A stretch of 64,000 nt of DNA, from NCBI GenBank assembly GCA_002633005.1, contig NMRA01001027.1:1-64000 (forward strand), written 5' to 3'. The first letter of the stretch is position 1. Each line of letters begins with the position of its first letter. The translations under genes and the position numbers were made by a program. The DNA is from Phoronis australis. Lineage: Eukaryota > Animalia > Phoronida. The notes under the pieces were generated by a model, which saw only the letters and a program-made list of their open reading frames with translations, made no database searches and was not told the DNA's origin. Of this stretch, positions 50,731 to 64,000 are shown piece by piece.

Positions 50731-52788
50731 CTGGAAAGAACAACATTTGGTTATTAGAGGAGTCAGACACCGATGTACTGAAAATGCAAGGTTTTGTTCC
50801 TGAGACGTGGAAGGCATTTTTCAGGGTGCAACCATGGCAAATGATGTAGTATGCTGGTCGCAATGTATTGTTTAACTTGTAAGAACCATGAGCCAGGTGA
50901 TAACTGGTCATTTGTTATCGCCTATCTGACATATTAGTTGTTTTCCTTTGTTACGTTTTTGTAGGATTTAACAATACAGGTCGCATCGATATTGTACCTT
51001 GGGCAGTACATCAGGTTTTCATGAATAATGCAACTGCTGTGTCAGTATCTGCAAACTTGAACTGGAATTGAGATTCATTGCAAACTTGCAACTCATGACA
51101 GAGAGTGGGTTTTTCAATGGAGATATCAATCTTTTGCTCTATTGAGGGAGGGAGTGAGGGAGTGAGGGAGGGTGGGAGAGAGAGAACGATTTCGAGGATA
51201 GCCCGTATTTAAAGTTCAAGCTTGGTCTCAGTTCTTCCTTGACAAAGTTTAGACTTGCGTATTTTTAGAGGTCAACTTAAAAATTTTGATAACCGTGTGT
51301 ACCCCTCGTCAAAGCGCCACCAGTCACCGACGATGAAGTTACCTGCTGTCTCCGATCACTCAGTGGCACGATCTCAATACCCATTCAGTGTCATTTGCCA
51401 TGCCAACAAATAAATCCTTATATATCGTGAATGCTGTAATTAAGAAATATCATATTTTTTACCTGGAAAAAGGAAGTCTGACTTAGCGCCCCAGCGGCTA
51501 ATTCAGTGAGCGGAGTTCATGTATGCAGAGCCAGGGTCCTGGATCAGCTGTGACCACAAGAGCCCATAAACATGGCTTAGCTCAGGTGAGTCATTGTTGT
51601 ATTTCTAAATGCAACCAACTAANTTGCTTCCTCTGTTGTTGCTGCAGTTGTTGTTGTTGTTGTTGCAGTTGTTGTTGTTGCAGCTGGTGCAACAGTCATC
51701 GTTGTTGGTGCTGTCGTAGTTTGGCAACGATCCTCATTCAATATCGTAAGATTTTTCAGCAAGACTGTTATGTTATAATCGCCAGTAGTGACGTAGGATA
51801 AAAGCTCCGTGTCACATGGGAATGGAATTGGAAAAGGTGGAAGCTCTGGAATGCAGCATGAACAGTTGGTGCCAGTTGCAGACACAGTCTGGAAAGAACA
51901 ACATTTGGTTATTAGAGGAGTCAGACACCGATGTACTGAAAACGCAAGGTTTTGTTCCTGAGACGTGGAAGGCATTTTTCAGAGTGCAACCATGGCAAAT
52001 GATGTAGTATGCTGGTCGTAATGTATTGTTTAACTTGTAAAAATCATGAGCCAGGTGATAACGGGTCACTTGTTATCACCTATCTGACATATTAGTTGTT
52101 TTCCTTTGTTACGTTTTTGTGGGATTTAACAATACAGGTCGCATCGATATTGTACCTTGGGCAGTACATCAGGTTTTCATGAATAATGCAACTGCTGTGC
52201 CAGTATCTGCGAACTTGAACTGGAATTGAGATTTATTACAAACTTGCAACTCCTGACTGAGAGTGGGTTTTTCAATGGAGATATCAATCTTTTGCTCTAT
52301 TGAGGGAGGGAGCGAGGGAGGGAGAGAGGGAGGGAGAAAGAGAACGATTTCGAGGATAGCCCGTATTTAAAGTTCAAGCTTGGTCTCAGTTCTTCCTTGA
52401 CAAAGTTTTGAATTTAGACTTGCGTATTTTTGGAGGTCAACTTAAAAATTTTGACAACCGTGTGTACCCCTTGTCAAAGCGCCACCAGTCACCGATGATG
52501 AAGTTACCTGCTGTCTCCGATCACTCAGTGGCACGATCTCAATACCCATTCAGTGTCATTTGCCATGCCAACAAATAAATCCTTATATATCGTGAATGCT
52601 GTAATTAACAAATATCATACTTTTTTATCTGGAAAAAGGAAGTCTGACTTAGCGCCCCAGCGGCTAATTCAGTGAGCGGAGTTCATGTATGCAGAGCCAG
52701 GGTCCTGGATCAGCTGTGACCACAACAGCCCATAAACATGGCTTAGCTCAGGTGAGTCATTGTTGTATTTCTAAATGCAACCAACTAA
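50448..52788. repeat. 1.17-kb apparent tandem duplication across a single N at 51623 (probably unmerged alleles)
   Basis: 50448-51622 is nearly identical to 51624-52788; the junction is exactly the N. Confidence 0.9.
51624..51888 (-). other. second (probably allelic) copy of the ectodomain exon, truncated at the N
   Basis: Same acceptor, open frame TVSATGTNCSCCIPELPP...TEEA up to the gap. Confidence 0.75.
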
Positions 52789-55700
52789 TTCCACTCCCAT
52801 TTTCACAAAATCAAAATCAAAATCATGATTTTTAATTAGTAGTCAGTCACTGTGTGTTTTCTTCTGTGCCAAAGAATTTCTCTTAAATTGGTTGTTACTG
52901 ACTGACTCGTGCTGTATTAACGATACCATGACCTTCAGAATACCAATTTTTTATGTTAAATGGTCTGCCTGATAGGGTGGGCTCATAGTAAATAGGAAGT
53001 CAAGTGACGTGCATCATAGAATAAAAACAAAACGCTAATGTTGACCAAGAATACATGTACTTATGTTAAAAAATACATCTGATCTCTTGTGCATGGGTTT
53101 TAAAGTGGAAAAATGTCTCTACATCAAAAATGGTTGCCTTTAACTCTGAAAGATGTTATGCACCTGCAGAATTAAATTTCCACTGGCTGCATTAACTAAT
53201 GATTCAATGTTCAAGATTGTCAAATTCAAAATGGACCATAGCGGCGGCATCGTCAAGAGTTTTATACTTCAGACACTTAAAATTTACCCCACTTGAAACT
53301 TGAAGTAGGGGAACCTTAAGGACACTTAGGATTAATGCTGCCGTCTTCAATGATGGATATCCGTTTACAGCAAGAGAACAGTCTGGTCCATAATATACCA
53401 GTAACACAATACTTCATTATCAGCTCTGTCTTAAAAATACATAAGTGAAGATCTTATTCTGATGTTACATCAGATAACAACTGAAACAAATTGACATTTG
53501 ATATTATAGTTGGATTTTAGAAATGTGAGTCTTTTTGAATACCCAAAAATATTTTTACGGTTGTATGACTTCTACATTTACATTCAATTTTTACTTCTAT
53601 ATCCCTTGTTACACTTTTGAGCCGTGTCTTCGTCATCAACTTAAATACTTATACCAAACAATAAAAACAGTGTGAATCCTTAGGCGGGGAAAAACATGCT
53701 ATAAACAAGGTTTTCATATACCCCTGATAGACTGATCTCATTAAACTTTCACTGTATGATATTTCAAAGTTTCTTCAAAGCAGGTCCCAATATGGCAAAA
53801 CAGTGATTGAAATTTTATTTCATCAAAATTTTCAACAAAAGTAAACAAGAATTTTACTTGACTACTTGAAATTTTGAACGCTGTTGAAAAAAAAATATAA
53901 AAAAGAATACAATTTTGGTCATTATTTTTTTTAATTTGAGTAAACTTTAACAAATTTTAAGAACTCAAAATGCCAATTGGACAAAATGCTTTTTTAGGCT
54001 CACATCATACTTCTGTTCGTAATTAGGAATGACTGATAATGTTCTTAAACCTTTGCAGCAACCCAGCCCAGAATATTACAGGAGCAGATCTAGGATATCA
54101 TGAGGGAGACCATTTTGCAATATCTGTGCCCACTTCTCCCAACACATGTACATACAAAAAGTACACCATAAGCAAAACACAAACCTGGGATTGTTTACAT
54201 TACCTTTCAACAAATAACCACAAAAATCCTCAGCACCCAAAATACGAAATTCTGCACTGTCCTGCACAATGTATATTTTCCAACACTACTTTATTGTGCA
54301 ATTAAATTCCTACACTGTTTCAGAATGCCTGTTGTGTATTGGCCAGCAATCCACATTGCCTGGCAGTCTAGACTACATCAGCTAATGTTACATAACCTTA
54401 CAATTACCCATATAGCACTGCAGCTGGTGAGGTGTTGACACATCACTTAGCATGATTACATCTTAAATCACCACTTGACAGGTCAAATTATCATTGCTGA
54501 CCAAACAGTTACATAACAGGACTGTAGCCTTGCCACTACCTAATAGCCTATAATGCACTTGTTACAGTAGTTCCTACAGGTGCTAGCTGCCACAGGATAG
54601 ATTTATCTGTTAAAATTTACAATTAAATTTGCATTGTTCTACCTTCACTGTTGTTAGGAAACATATTAGGATTATAAAAGAATCACGTTGACTGTTCTAT
54701 TCGCATGACAGTCACAAATGTTTGCATCCCCAAGATATGGAAATCTGTCATTTAGTAATGCACCATAAAAATCCAGACCAGACATTCCTATTTCGGTAAA
54801 TGCCATTAACTCTTGACCCCATGACCTATGGAAATTAATTCTATTCAAATGTTCCCAGCCATTGTAATATTCAGCAGGTTCCAACAGTCAAAGGTCGCAT
54901 TGTCATTATGACATATGGTAATTCTTCACTTATTTTGCATAAAATAATTGTAAAAATAGTAATTTTTCCATTGTCAAACGCTGATAACCTTTTTGCACTT
55001 ATGACACGGTTGTAATAGACTAAAATGTTCTATAAAAATATTTTACTTTTGTGGAGAAATATGGTTTCACTTGTCAGCGGTGTTGTGGGCTAAATAAGTG
55101 ACTAAACTTCCACTGATAGCGTAGGTCAAAAATGATGCCATACAGTCAGGAGCCTTGTCAGTAAATACCCAGTATTGCAAGCGTACTGAGAGAATCAATC
55201 TTGGTGAAAAGCGCATACATTTTGCTGTATTGAGCACAGTAACTAAATATACCACAAGTAAAATTTTACTTTGAAAAAAATCAAGCCAAATTGTGTTCTA
55301 CAAGGTTTCTACTAGCGGCCCACTGTCAACACATACTTTTTTATTATGAATCCAACTATCCAAAATTGTTGGTATGAAACTAAACACCACATTTCAAGCA
55401 TTACAGTTAAAGATTTGCGTATTTTTGTCTATATGAAGGGAATCTCATTTGTCAGGAATTTAATTTTGAAAAGACCCCTTCTACTCGAATACCAATAACG
55501 GTCAGGCAAATGTTGTTCATGTTAGGCCCTGTTGCTTCTGCTCAGTCCCAACTCATTTTGACAACCAGCACCCGACAAGCTCAAGAAAACAGAAGTATCC
55601 TCCGACCCATTTCAGCTGGTATTGGGTGGCGATCGGCAAAAACACAAGTACCCCACCCACCAGTTGGCATCAGGTGTCTTTTTGAAAATATAACAACAAT

Positions 55701-58700
55701 AGTCGACCATGTTTTTTCACTATGATGAATACCACTATCGCGAATTTTATAACCGAGTTGAATGCCACTTTATCATAAAACTGGTTCAGCTTATCACCGC
55801 ATGACTCGGGTGTAGCTCCCCAAGTGTTATATCTCTTATGTAAGGTGAACTTAAAGGGACTGTGTTCTTGGTTTGCCAGGTTTCCATTGAATATACATTT
55901 GCATGCTCCTAACTATGCTAAAGTACACAGCAGAAACTAAACGACAATGCTATATTGAGATCGTCTACGCTAAACAAAGCGCAGTAATGTTATATTCATT
56001 GACAATGTGAAAGCAAAAAATTCTACAAATAGGTGACCTTTGCACTAATGATGTACCTTGGGGGCTCACGTAGCCTAGATCATGCAGGGTTGTTCCTCAA
56101 CACCACGTCACAATACTTACTGGATATGGTTCAGTGATTTGCGGCGGGTCATTTTTGCATCAAAACTCATTCTTAAGAACATTTAGCAGTTTTCAAGGTA
56201 CTCCATGTTCACATCTTTGCTACATGTTGTGTTTCTAACTAATTTGGCCAGCAATCACAGAGATAAGTAATTGGCCTGCAAGTTCCACTTTAAGAAGCTA
56301 GCTGATTCAAATCTCTTCTGAGTCACGATTGGCCAATAGTGAATGATAATGTCAGACAGGGATCTTCTGATTCGTGATTGGTTGCGTAGCTTACACAATG
56401 ACACAGGGCCAAATGCCGCAAGCTGATCATGTTGAAGAGACCTCAGACGAGAGCTATCTCCACCGATAAATTTATTCAACCACAGTTTAATCAATTTTGC
56501 ACAAAAATAGTTGACGAGACTGTTATTCTACATTTTCAGTGCTTTGGTACATTGCTGCAAATACTTAAAACATGACACCTGTACATTACGGACAAAGATT
56601 GCTAACAATGACGCTGATTTTTCATTTTATTTATTATTTTAAAGAAATTTGTGTGGTACAAATAATATAAATTCAATGAAAATTAACATTAGACCATGAC
56701 CAATCGTGAGGTGGCTATGGCAGGCCACTGTATCTTTAAAAAACTTTGCTTGCATGCACTTGTGTGGCTTTTAAAAAAACACTTCTGATGACGAAGGCAA
56801 GCACTTTTTTAAGTTGTGAGACATAGGTTTCAAAATGAGTCAGAGCACAGGTCAGAACCAGCTATGTGAGCTTTCCACATCTTAACATAAGATCAAAGTA
56901 CCTCAGATCTGCAACAATATACAATTTCCCCGAAACTAAATGAATGTCCAGATCCAGCTAACCTGAGGTATGAAAATATTTTCACAGACAACCAAGAGAA
57001 CCAGTTACAGTTTCATTTTCACCATGCATTCCAGACGCACAGGTGATAGGTTTTACAGCACTTTTGATTGTGGTGTCTAAACAAACCTACGTTTTTATTC
57101 ATGGTTGTAGTGGAGTAAAATTATCTGCCCAGCCTCAATTCTGCGGCAGTGGTAACATTGCTGAAGCCGAGCTCATAACAATTATCAATTTATCAAAAAA
57201 TCATAATTATCGTTAGTATTAACAACCTATCAACAAAGTTATCTATAATACCATTGAACAGGTACTACAAGGTCTACTAACTAAGCACCAGTGCCAGTGC
57301 ACAACTCTTTAGCATTGTGAAAGCACAAAAGCGTCTTTCACTTAAACCAAAAAAATTAAATTTCTGGTATGCAACACTGGCCCAGCTGAGAGGGACAATG
57401 CATATTTTCGTTGAGACATTTTGGTGTTAACCGCCTGAAAACACCTGCTGCAAAACAGTGACGATTTGACCGCACGACAGTCGCAAAGGATAAATAAAAT
57501 GCTATGAAGAAACATCCACCAGCATTAAATCCGTACGAGAACATGCACGTGTTGTCTACCAACTACACTATCCCCACCTAGTGACAAGGCGTATTTCATT
57601 ACGTCGCGGCTATATGACAAAATGTCTTTTGGTTGACTACAACTCCACATCACTGAAAACCAATTACTGAACAAAGCCTTCACAAACACGGGCATTCCAG
57701 CAAGATTTTCTTAACGATTAGCTTTGTCACAACCAGACCAAACTAGAAATCAATGTCACCAATGAGATGCCTGTTATCCTCTAGTGATTGCATTTATTAC
57801 CTCAGCTTGCTCAACCACTATGAAGTCTAAATTGAAAATATTGAACACCTGAAAGCCTGAGCCGTTTTACGTCACAGGTATATTTCAATACCTGTGAGGA
57901 CATTGAGCCATCAATATTGCAATGCACTTCAGAAAAAATGGCTCATTCTCAGTGATGAACACAAACTGAGAACGAAGCAGTTGTGGTGATAGCTGAAAAT
58001 CAAATTTATTTCTTTCCAATGGACATGATTGTTTCACCAATTAAAGAATGCATTCTTGGGTTTAGTGTTGGATGAACAGAATATTGGAAGTTATTAGCCA
58101 TGACCAGAGATATAGAATAATGAAATTTATGTTGTTTTTATGATTTTAGTACACCAGTCGGTAATTCTTGTTGATGTCTGATAAACATTTGCTGAAATCA
58201 AGACAATGGATTTTAGCAGTGAAATACACCAAAAACACTGTCATTCATCTTGTGGTATAAGTTTAGCTAGCAGAGTAGTTGGCTGTGACCAAGAAGGTTG
58301 ACTTTCAGGTTCAAATTCGCACTGGAACTGACCTCAGCATTTAATCATATTTCTTGCCAATAATTATGTCACTTTAAAAACGTTACTTTGCAAGCGCAAT
58401 ACAATGTGCACCATCTCAATGATGATTCATAGACGAGTTCAGTTTGGGTTTGTTCAAGATGGAAATGACCCTTCTCATTGAAAAGACAAGTGTGGCTGTC
58501 ATATACAAAATTGACTGGGAGAGAGCAGTAGGACAAGGGCTTGCACACACCATTAACTTCATTTCTCCCAATCTGAATTCTTAAGCCATGGCAATAGACA
58601 CTTGAATGGGTGCTTGAAAACAAATTAATAACGAATAGGACAGCTGGGTAGAGTACCACTCAGTACTAACTGAATGACATTCACTTCTTTGGACAAAACA

Positions 58701-60060
58701 AACAATATCAGAATGCTGTCTCATCACTGGAAAGGTCACCTAGACCACATGTGCAAAGACAGTCTAAAATTTCCTCACATTTTCCTGGTCTACTATATCA
58801 ATATGTGTGAAGTTCCTGAATGGCTCAAGACCTACATTTTGTTATTTCCTGGTCTGAGTTACACTAAACTGGTCAGATTCACTTTCAAAATGTGAACACT
58901 ATCTACACATCATGGTCTATCACTTAGTAACAAATAAGAAATCTGCTCCTTGGTTTCACATATTCACTGGTTTCACATGAAGGCACAGACATGCACCTGT
59001 GTACACCCTGACCGCCTCACACTGGCATACAGGTACATGGTCGAAATACGCGGAAAAACGAAAGATGAAAAAGGTTTTCACAACTAACGGTAACTTTTTA
59101 GAATGAAGTCTGCAGCAGGAATGCACTATGCAGTTAAATAAGCCATACATTTATACGGTGAGAACTATATTCGACACCGGCAACAATTCAGCAGCAACAG
59201 CTGAAACTAAAATTGAAAGTTAACTGGGTGAAATGCTAACACCTACAATAATCACAGCATGAAACTATTCACTGAAAATTCTTGTGCAGTGAAAGCAAAA
59301 AGTTCAAGGTGATGTAAGACCTTATGGACAAGTTTGTATTTAAAATACAGAAAAATTGAATCAAATACTGGAATTTGCTTATTTGAGTTAGCATACCACA
59401 ACTGGATGTTGCAAAACTTTCATGTATTTAGCCAAATATATGCAAAACTATAGATTTTAACTCAGAAAATATATACGTAAGTTTCTGAAAGTAGAAAGCA
59501 TGTACAATTTTATGTCTGATTTCATACCAATTTGACATTATTTGGGTCATGTCGCTATGTTTTTATCAAAATTTAGCATAAAACACACATGCATGCATAG
59601 TAAAACAATGGCGTCTACAAAATGACCAAATTTTGCTTGATATAAATGTTCAAGATGAAACACCTGAAAAAACCAGTTAATTTTCTAAATTATTATTGCG
59701 TTTTTGTTTTAAGCAACTTTTGAGTTTTCTTAAGTACTATTTTTTTATGGCTCCTCATACAAAAGTGGAACATTTCAAAATTCCTAACGTGTTTTGGAGA
59801 ACAGAGCATAAAGTATCTGAAAGTTTCACATGAATCTAATCAACCGTTTTTGAGATAAGACGTTACAAAGTTTGCCAAATTTTATTGAACAGCTGCCAAA
59901 TATTGTGAAGCTTCCTAACAGGATGACAAATAAACTTATGACAGCTTCAGACTGCTGGCCAAACAATTGAAAGATATCTGGTAACTTTCTAGGTATTTCT
60001 GCTTGACACAGATATGTAGAAATTCAGCACTGCCGTTTACCTTGATAAATTGCCAGCAAA

Positions 60061-60178
60061 TTATGGTAATAGTCGGATATAACGTGCCCGCATTTTGAGA
60101 ACCAGTTTTCTCCACTGAGTAACGGGCATCAAACTGGTTCTCAAAATGTGGGCACATTATATCTGACTATTGCCATAA
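60061..60178. mobile_element. near-perfect hairpin MITE (~48-bp arms)
   Basis: TTATGGTAATAGTCGGATATAACGTGCCCGCATTTTGAGAACCAGTTT pairs with AAACTGGTTCTCAAAATGTGGGCACATTATATCTGACTATTGCCATAA. Confidence 0.85.
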
Positions 60179-62498
60179 TGGTAATAGTCATTTTAGCATT
60201 ATCCAGCCATAGTTCATTGTTTTCATAAAAAACAAGCCCACTATTACTGGACTTTGATATAAATAGCATCCCTAACCTACTGTATGTTCAACCAGGCCTT
60301 CAAAAATATGATGTAAACTAAAAGCTCAGCTCAAAACCAAACACTGATCGTTTTACGGGAATTTCTGCAAATGGACACTTTCAAATGTACTTCCATCGAC
60401 CTGCTGGTCTATTTGGAAAAGTATCCGGATCATGTCATACCCTCAGTTTTGTCATACATTATGATAATAAGAAGGATATTCCATAGCGGGTTCCAGCTTG
60501 GCAACGTTCGTAACCACTGTCACAAGCTGATCATGCTCCCTCTGTGGAGAGTCTGAGAATGAGACAACTAAACAGGGAATGACTGACTTTTACCATCAAG
60601 TTTCAGAGATAGAAAAGCGAAGGTACGCATGCTGATAAGTGGATGAGAATCGATTTTGCTGATTTTTTCATGTCCAACATCGGGTAATTAGACAATAAAT
60701 TGCGACATTATGCGAGTAACTACACACAGGTTTAATGGGAAATGGTTTGAGTTTTTGACATTTCGTAACAATAACCGGACTATTCTATTATTCAGTACGA
60801 CATTAAGAGGGCTCTACTGCATATAAATAAAACTAAGCAAACACCCATTAAAAAGGCTATATTATGATTGGTCTTTAAGTTCATAGTCCACCCCTCACGG
60901 TTTTTAGAGAACACATCTGGGGAAACAAAAATGCAAAAAATGTACTGTATTCCAAATATACGCCATGGGGATTCCTTGTCAGAAATTTGTGGACGGACCC
61001 ATTTGCACAGCTTCTGTACTCATTTTTTGAGGACAAAACACTCGAGAGAACACCTCACTAGGTTTTGTTAAATTCATACAGACTGTGTAAGCCGTCTTGC
61101 TTATGAAATGTGAAGGCTACCGACGACGCAGTAGAGTATTTAGTGAGTGGTGTTCTCAAAAATAGTTGAGAGGTATGAATAAACATCTACACTGGAAACA
61201 GACTGATATTATCAGCCTTTAGTGGGTTTGTAATACTGTGCTACATACAGCAGTGCCCTGATCAAGCATATTAGCTGTGGCAATGCAGAGATGCCTACTA
61301 TTGCCCTTCGTGCCTGTAACCATTGCTAACCATTGCAGATAAATTAAAAACTTATGTTCCGATCATAATGTTATATGATAGAATCCAGCAGTGAAAATAA
61401 ATAGGATAGATCTAGATGTCTTTAATCATAGCACTGCAAACGGTACCTTATTGAAAACATACATCTGAACTTAACCTTTAAACCCACACACCTTTTATGT
61501 AAATAAGTATACCAATATCTGCAGTCTCAACCATGGTGTCACAGCACACTTATTTTTTGTGATAAAACCTCACCATCACTGACACTTAAAAGATGCACAC
61601 AATAATTAGGTTAAGCTGAAATTGCAAACACCAAAATGGAAAAACACAAGTTTTCAGTGGTAAATTTTTCTAATGTGGCTATAGACAAACTCCATTTGTT
61701 CCGGGATTAGAGACATAAATTTTTTTCAGGTGTAATGTTGGAATGCTAACTCATCATGATTAAAAAACAAAAGAATTTAGAATTCCACCTCAAAACACAA
61801 ATCACAAAACAATGATTTTCCAATACGACAATGCATGAGAGAGAGCCAAAGAGAGAATACAAATTTGTTAACTTATTTACAATTTGCAGATTATTGGCCT
61901 ACTAAAATGAAACAAATATAGTCATGTGCATATCTAAGCATATGAACGCCAAGGGCAAAGGCAGCTTCAATGACTGAGACCACCTTGCAATATAGAGTTA
62001 GCAATACAATATCATATATATATGCATATATACATATTATACACAGTTTTAAATTTTTGTCTTATTAATTGAATGGTGTGGTAATTTCACATTTTGTACT
62101 AAAGCGATTTTAAAATGAATATTTTTACAAGCAACACAAACTAAAACATTGAAATCTCCAGCCCTGCAGACTCAGCTTTTTAATGAGATTATATCAATTC
62201 GTAATCTGCATTGCACCCCCCCCCCCTGAACAAGCGCAAACTATGAATTTCAATATTAACTATAATGCAGTTGAAAATGTTAGGCCTATTAAAGGAAGCA
62301 TTCAGTTTACATCGGCGACTTCATCTTATCTTCTTATAAGAGTTAGGACTGCAAAGAGGCTATATATCTGACCCCGGCCTCAGTGAGTCGAAAACACAGT
62401 ACCACAATAGGCTATTTATACAACACTGCAAGGCTAACCTGTCCTACCACTCGTGTAAAAAAGTAGCTAGAGCAGACATAAGCTGGCGTAAGACTTAC

Positions 62499-62588
62499 CT
62501 GAATGCAAAACGCGGAAATAAATAACAAAGACGCAGTGTTCAAAACACCTGTCGCAAACCGCTCTTTCCAACCACGTCCACTGTTCAT
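62499..62588 (-). CDS. type I membrane glycoprotein, first coding exon: signal peptide (MNSGRGWKERFATGVLNTASLLFISAFCIQ)
   Basis: gcaACGATG start context, consensus CAG|gtaagt donor; phase 0 joins TVSA-TG giving a V-S-A signal peptidase site; upstream acceptor at ~62695 suggests a further 5'UTR exon. Confidence 0.78.
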
Positions 62589-63487
62589 CGTTGCACAAAA
62601 AGTTACTATTTCAACAGTCCGTCTGTTAAAATCAACCGTCACATTTCTGTTTTCTTGACCAATCAAGAACTTGTAGTGTTGTAAGTTCGGTCACCTGGAG
62701 AAGCAAACGAACTAAACCCCAGCAGACGATTTTCTCCGAGTTGTCGCCGTGTGCCCCGATACGAATCGATACTGAAAGCCCACACTGGAACTGGAAGAGT
62801 CTCTTCTATGAAACCCCCAAACTAACTGAGCATAATGTGTTTCAGTCCGTTGATTCAAGTCACGAAGTAATCGACTGTAAACGCTTGGCGAGTTTCAGCA
62901 GTGAGTACCGACAAGGAAGCTTGTTGACAGGTTATCTCAACCCATAGTTATTTCGAGACATGCTATGTACGTGCTGCCTATGGTGCTGCTTATCTCAACC
63001 AGAAGATAACATTGGACGAAAGAGAGTGACGTCTAGCGACGAAAACTAAACTTAGTGACATTTGACTCACTGTACCGCTGCGTGAACTTGGAATACAGGA
63101 AGAAACTTACAATTTCACTCAAATAATCACGTTCACGTTCATAAAAAATTGCACTGCACTATATATCAAATCACAGGTTAATAAAATAAGGTAAATTTTA
63201 AGTATTCACATATCCCTCCGATTCTTTGACACAAGTTTCGGTAAAGAAGAACTTGCCTGTGGGTGATCGAAAGCCAATAATTACAATAATTATTTACACT
63301 GAACACAATACTTCACTTGATTGCACAAATGAATAATCAATTACAAGTTCAATGCGTACGCGATCTTGAGATTGAACAGGATTCCAAGTTTACGCACAGC
63401 ATGACCACCTGCCTGCCAAAACCCTAAAATAACTGCGGAAGTTTGGCCCTTGAACTAACAGACTCGATGAGAGGTAAAATATATTAA

Positions 63488-64000
63488 AGGGGAAAAACAA
63501 TTTCAACATCGTTCTGTTTTTTAATATTATTCTGCCAGTCGGAGGTCGTCATAAATTTCAAAACTTCCCCAGTCGTCACGGTTGAGCTTCGCTGTGCCCC
63601 CGGGGCTGTCACCTCACGAGTTTCTACAATGCTGTACAAAGATTGGCCTACGCGACTGGCTCCTAAATTGCCTCGCAATCTACGGTAGTTCTGTTCATTG
63701 CATGATGACGTAAAAACATCGCAGTAGTGGTTCGAGTTCGAACCGAGAACCCTTCGTAAGTCACCCAGACTCGGCTTTCTGTTCAACTGTCTCGATTCTA
63801 TCCCTCAATTTATGTTTATTTGCAAACATGTTCGCCATTTCAGTAAAATCAGAAACACGACAAGGCAATTGTAAAAATTTGTTGTATTATCCCGCCAGTT
63901 AACTGTGTTCCATGAAAAGAGCAGCCAGGCTTATTGTTTTAACCTAATTTATACCGAGATGATAAAGCGTTACGAAATCCAACATAATAGTCATATGAGT
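63488..64000. mobile_element. possible left part of a TTAA-specific (Kolobok-like) element
   Basis: TTAA|AGGGGAAAAAC start followed by CpG-rich sequence; other end not in window. Confidence 0.3.

Noticed and set aside
54672-54884. Protein-like minus-strand ORF in intron 1
   Set aside because: No convincing splice sites or domain similarity
1-64000. CRISPR array or prokaryotic defence operon
   Set aside because: Spliced eukaryotic locus; no regularly interspaced repeats with unique spacers and no long intronless ORFs

Overview
AT-rich eukaryotic (animal, probably invertebrate) genomic DNA with no prokaryote-type operons or CRISPR arrays. I assembled two convergent spliced genes by hand from GT-AG boundaries and exon phase. 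(1) The + strand gene has at least 14 coding exons (8000-22397, about 700 aa, 5' end uncertain). It encodes two START lipid-binding domains: a divergent, shortened N-terminal one and a C-terminal one resembling the STARD9-type START, with no kinesin motor visible in the window. (2) The - strand gene has 4 coding exons (62588-31700, about 342 aa). It encodes a type I membrane glycoprotein with a signal peptide, short Cys-containing head, Thr-rich mucin stalk, TM helix, and a tail carrying tyrosine, RVxF and PDZ-type motifs. Two single-N junctions (43835, 51623) each separate a pair of near-identical blocks, most likely unmerged alleles. Comparing the copies shows mostly amino-acid-changing differences in this surface protein. 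Introns hold many non-autonomous transposons (Kolobok-, Harbinger/ISL2EU-, Tc1/mariner- and hAT-like MITEs, an RTE LINE fragment, a tRNA-derived SINE) and two long palindromes carrying Penelope-type hammerhead-ribozyme-like motifs. All family assignments come from motif recognition, not database searches.
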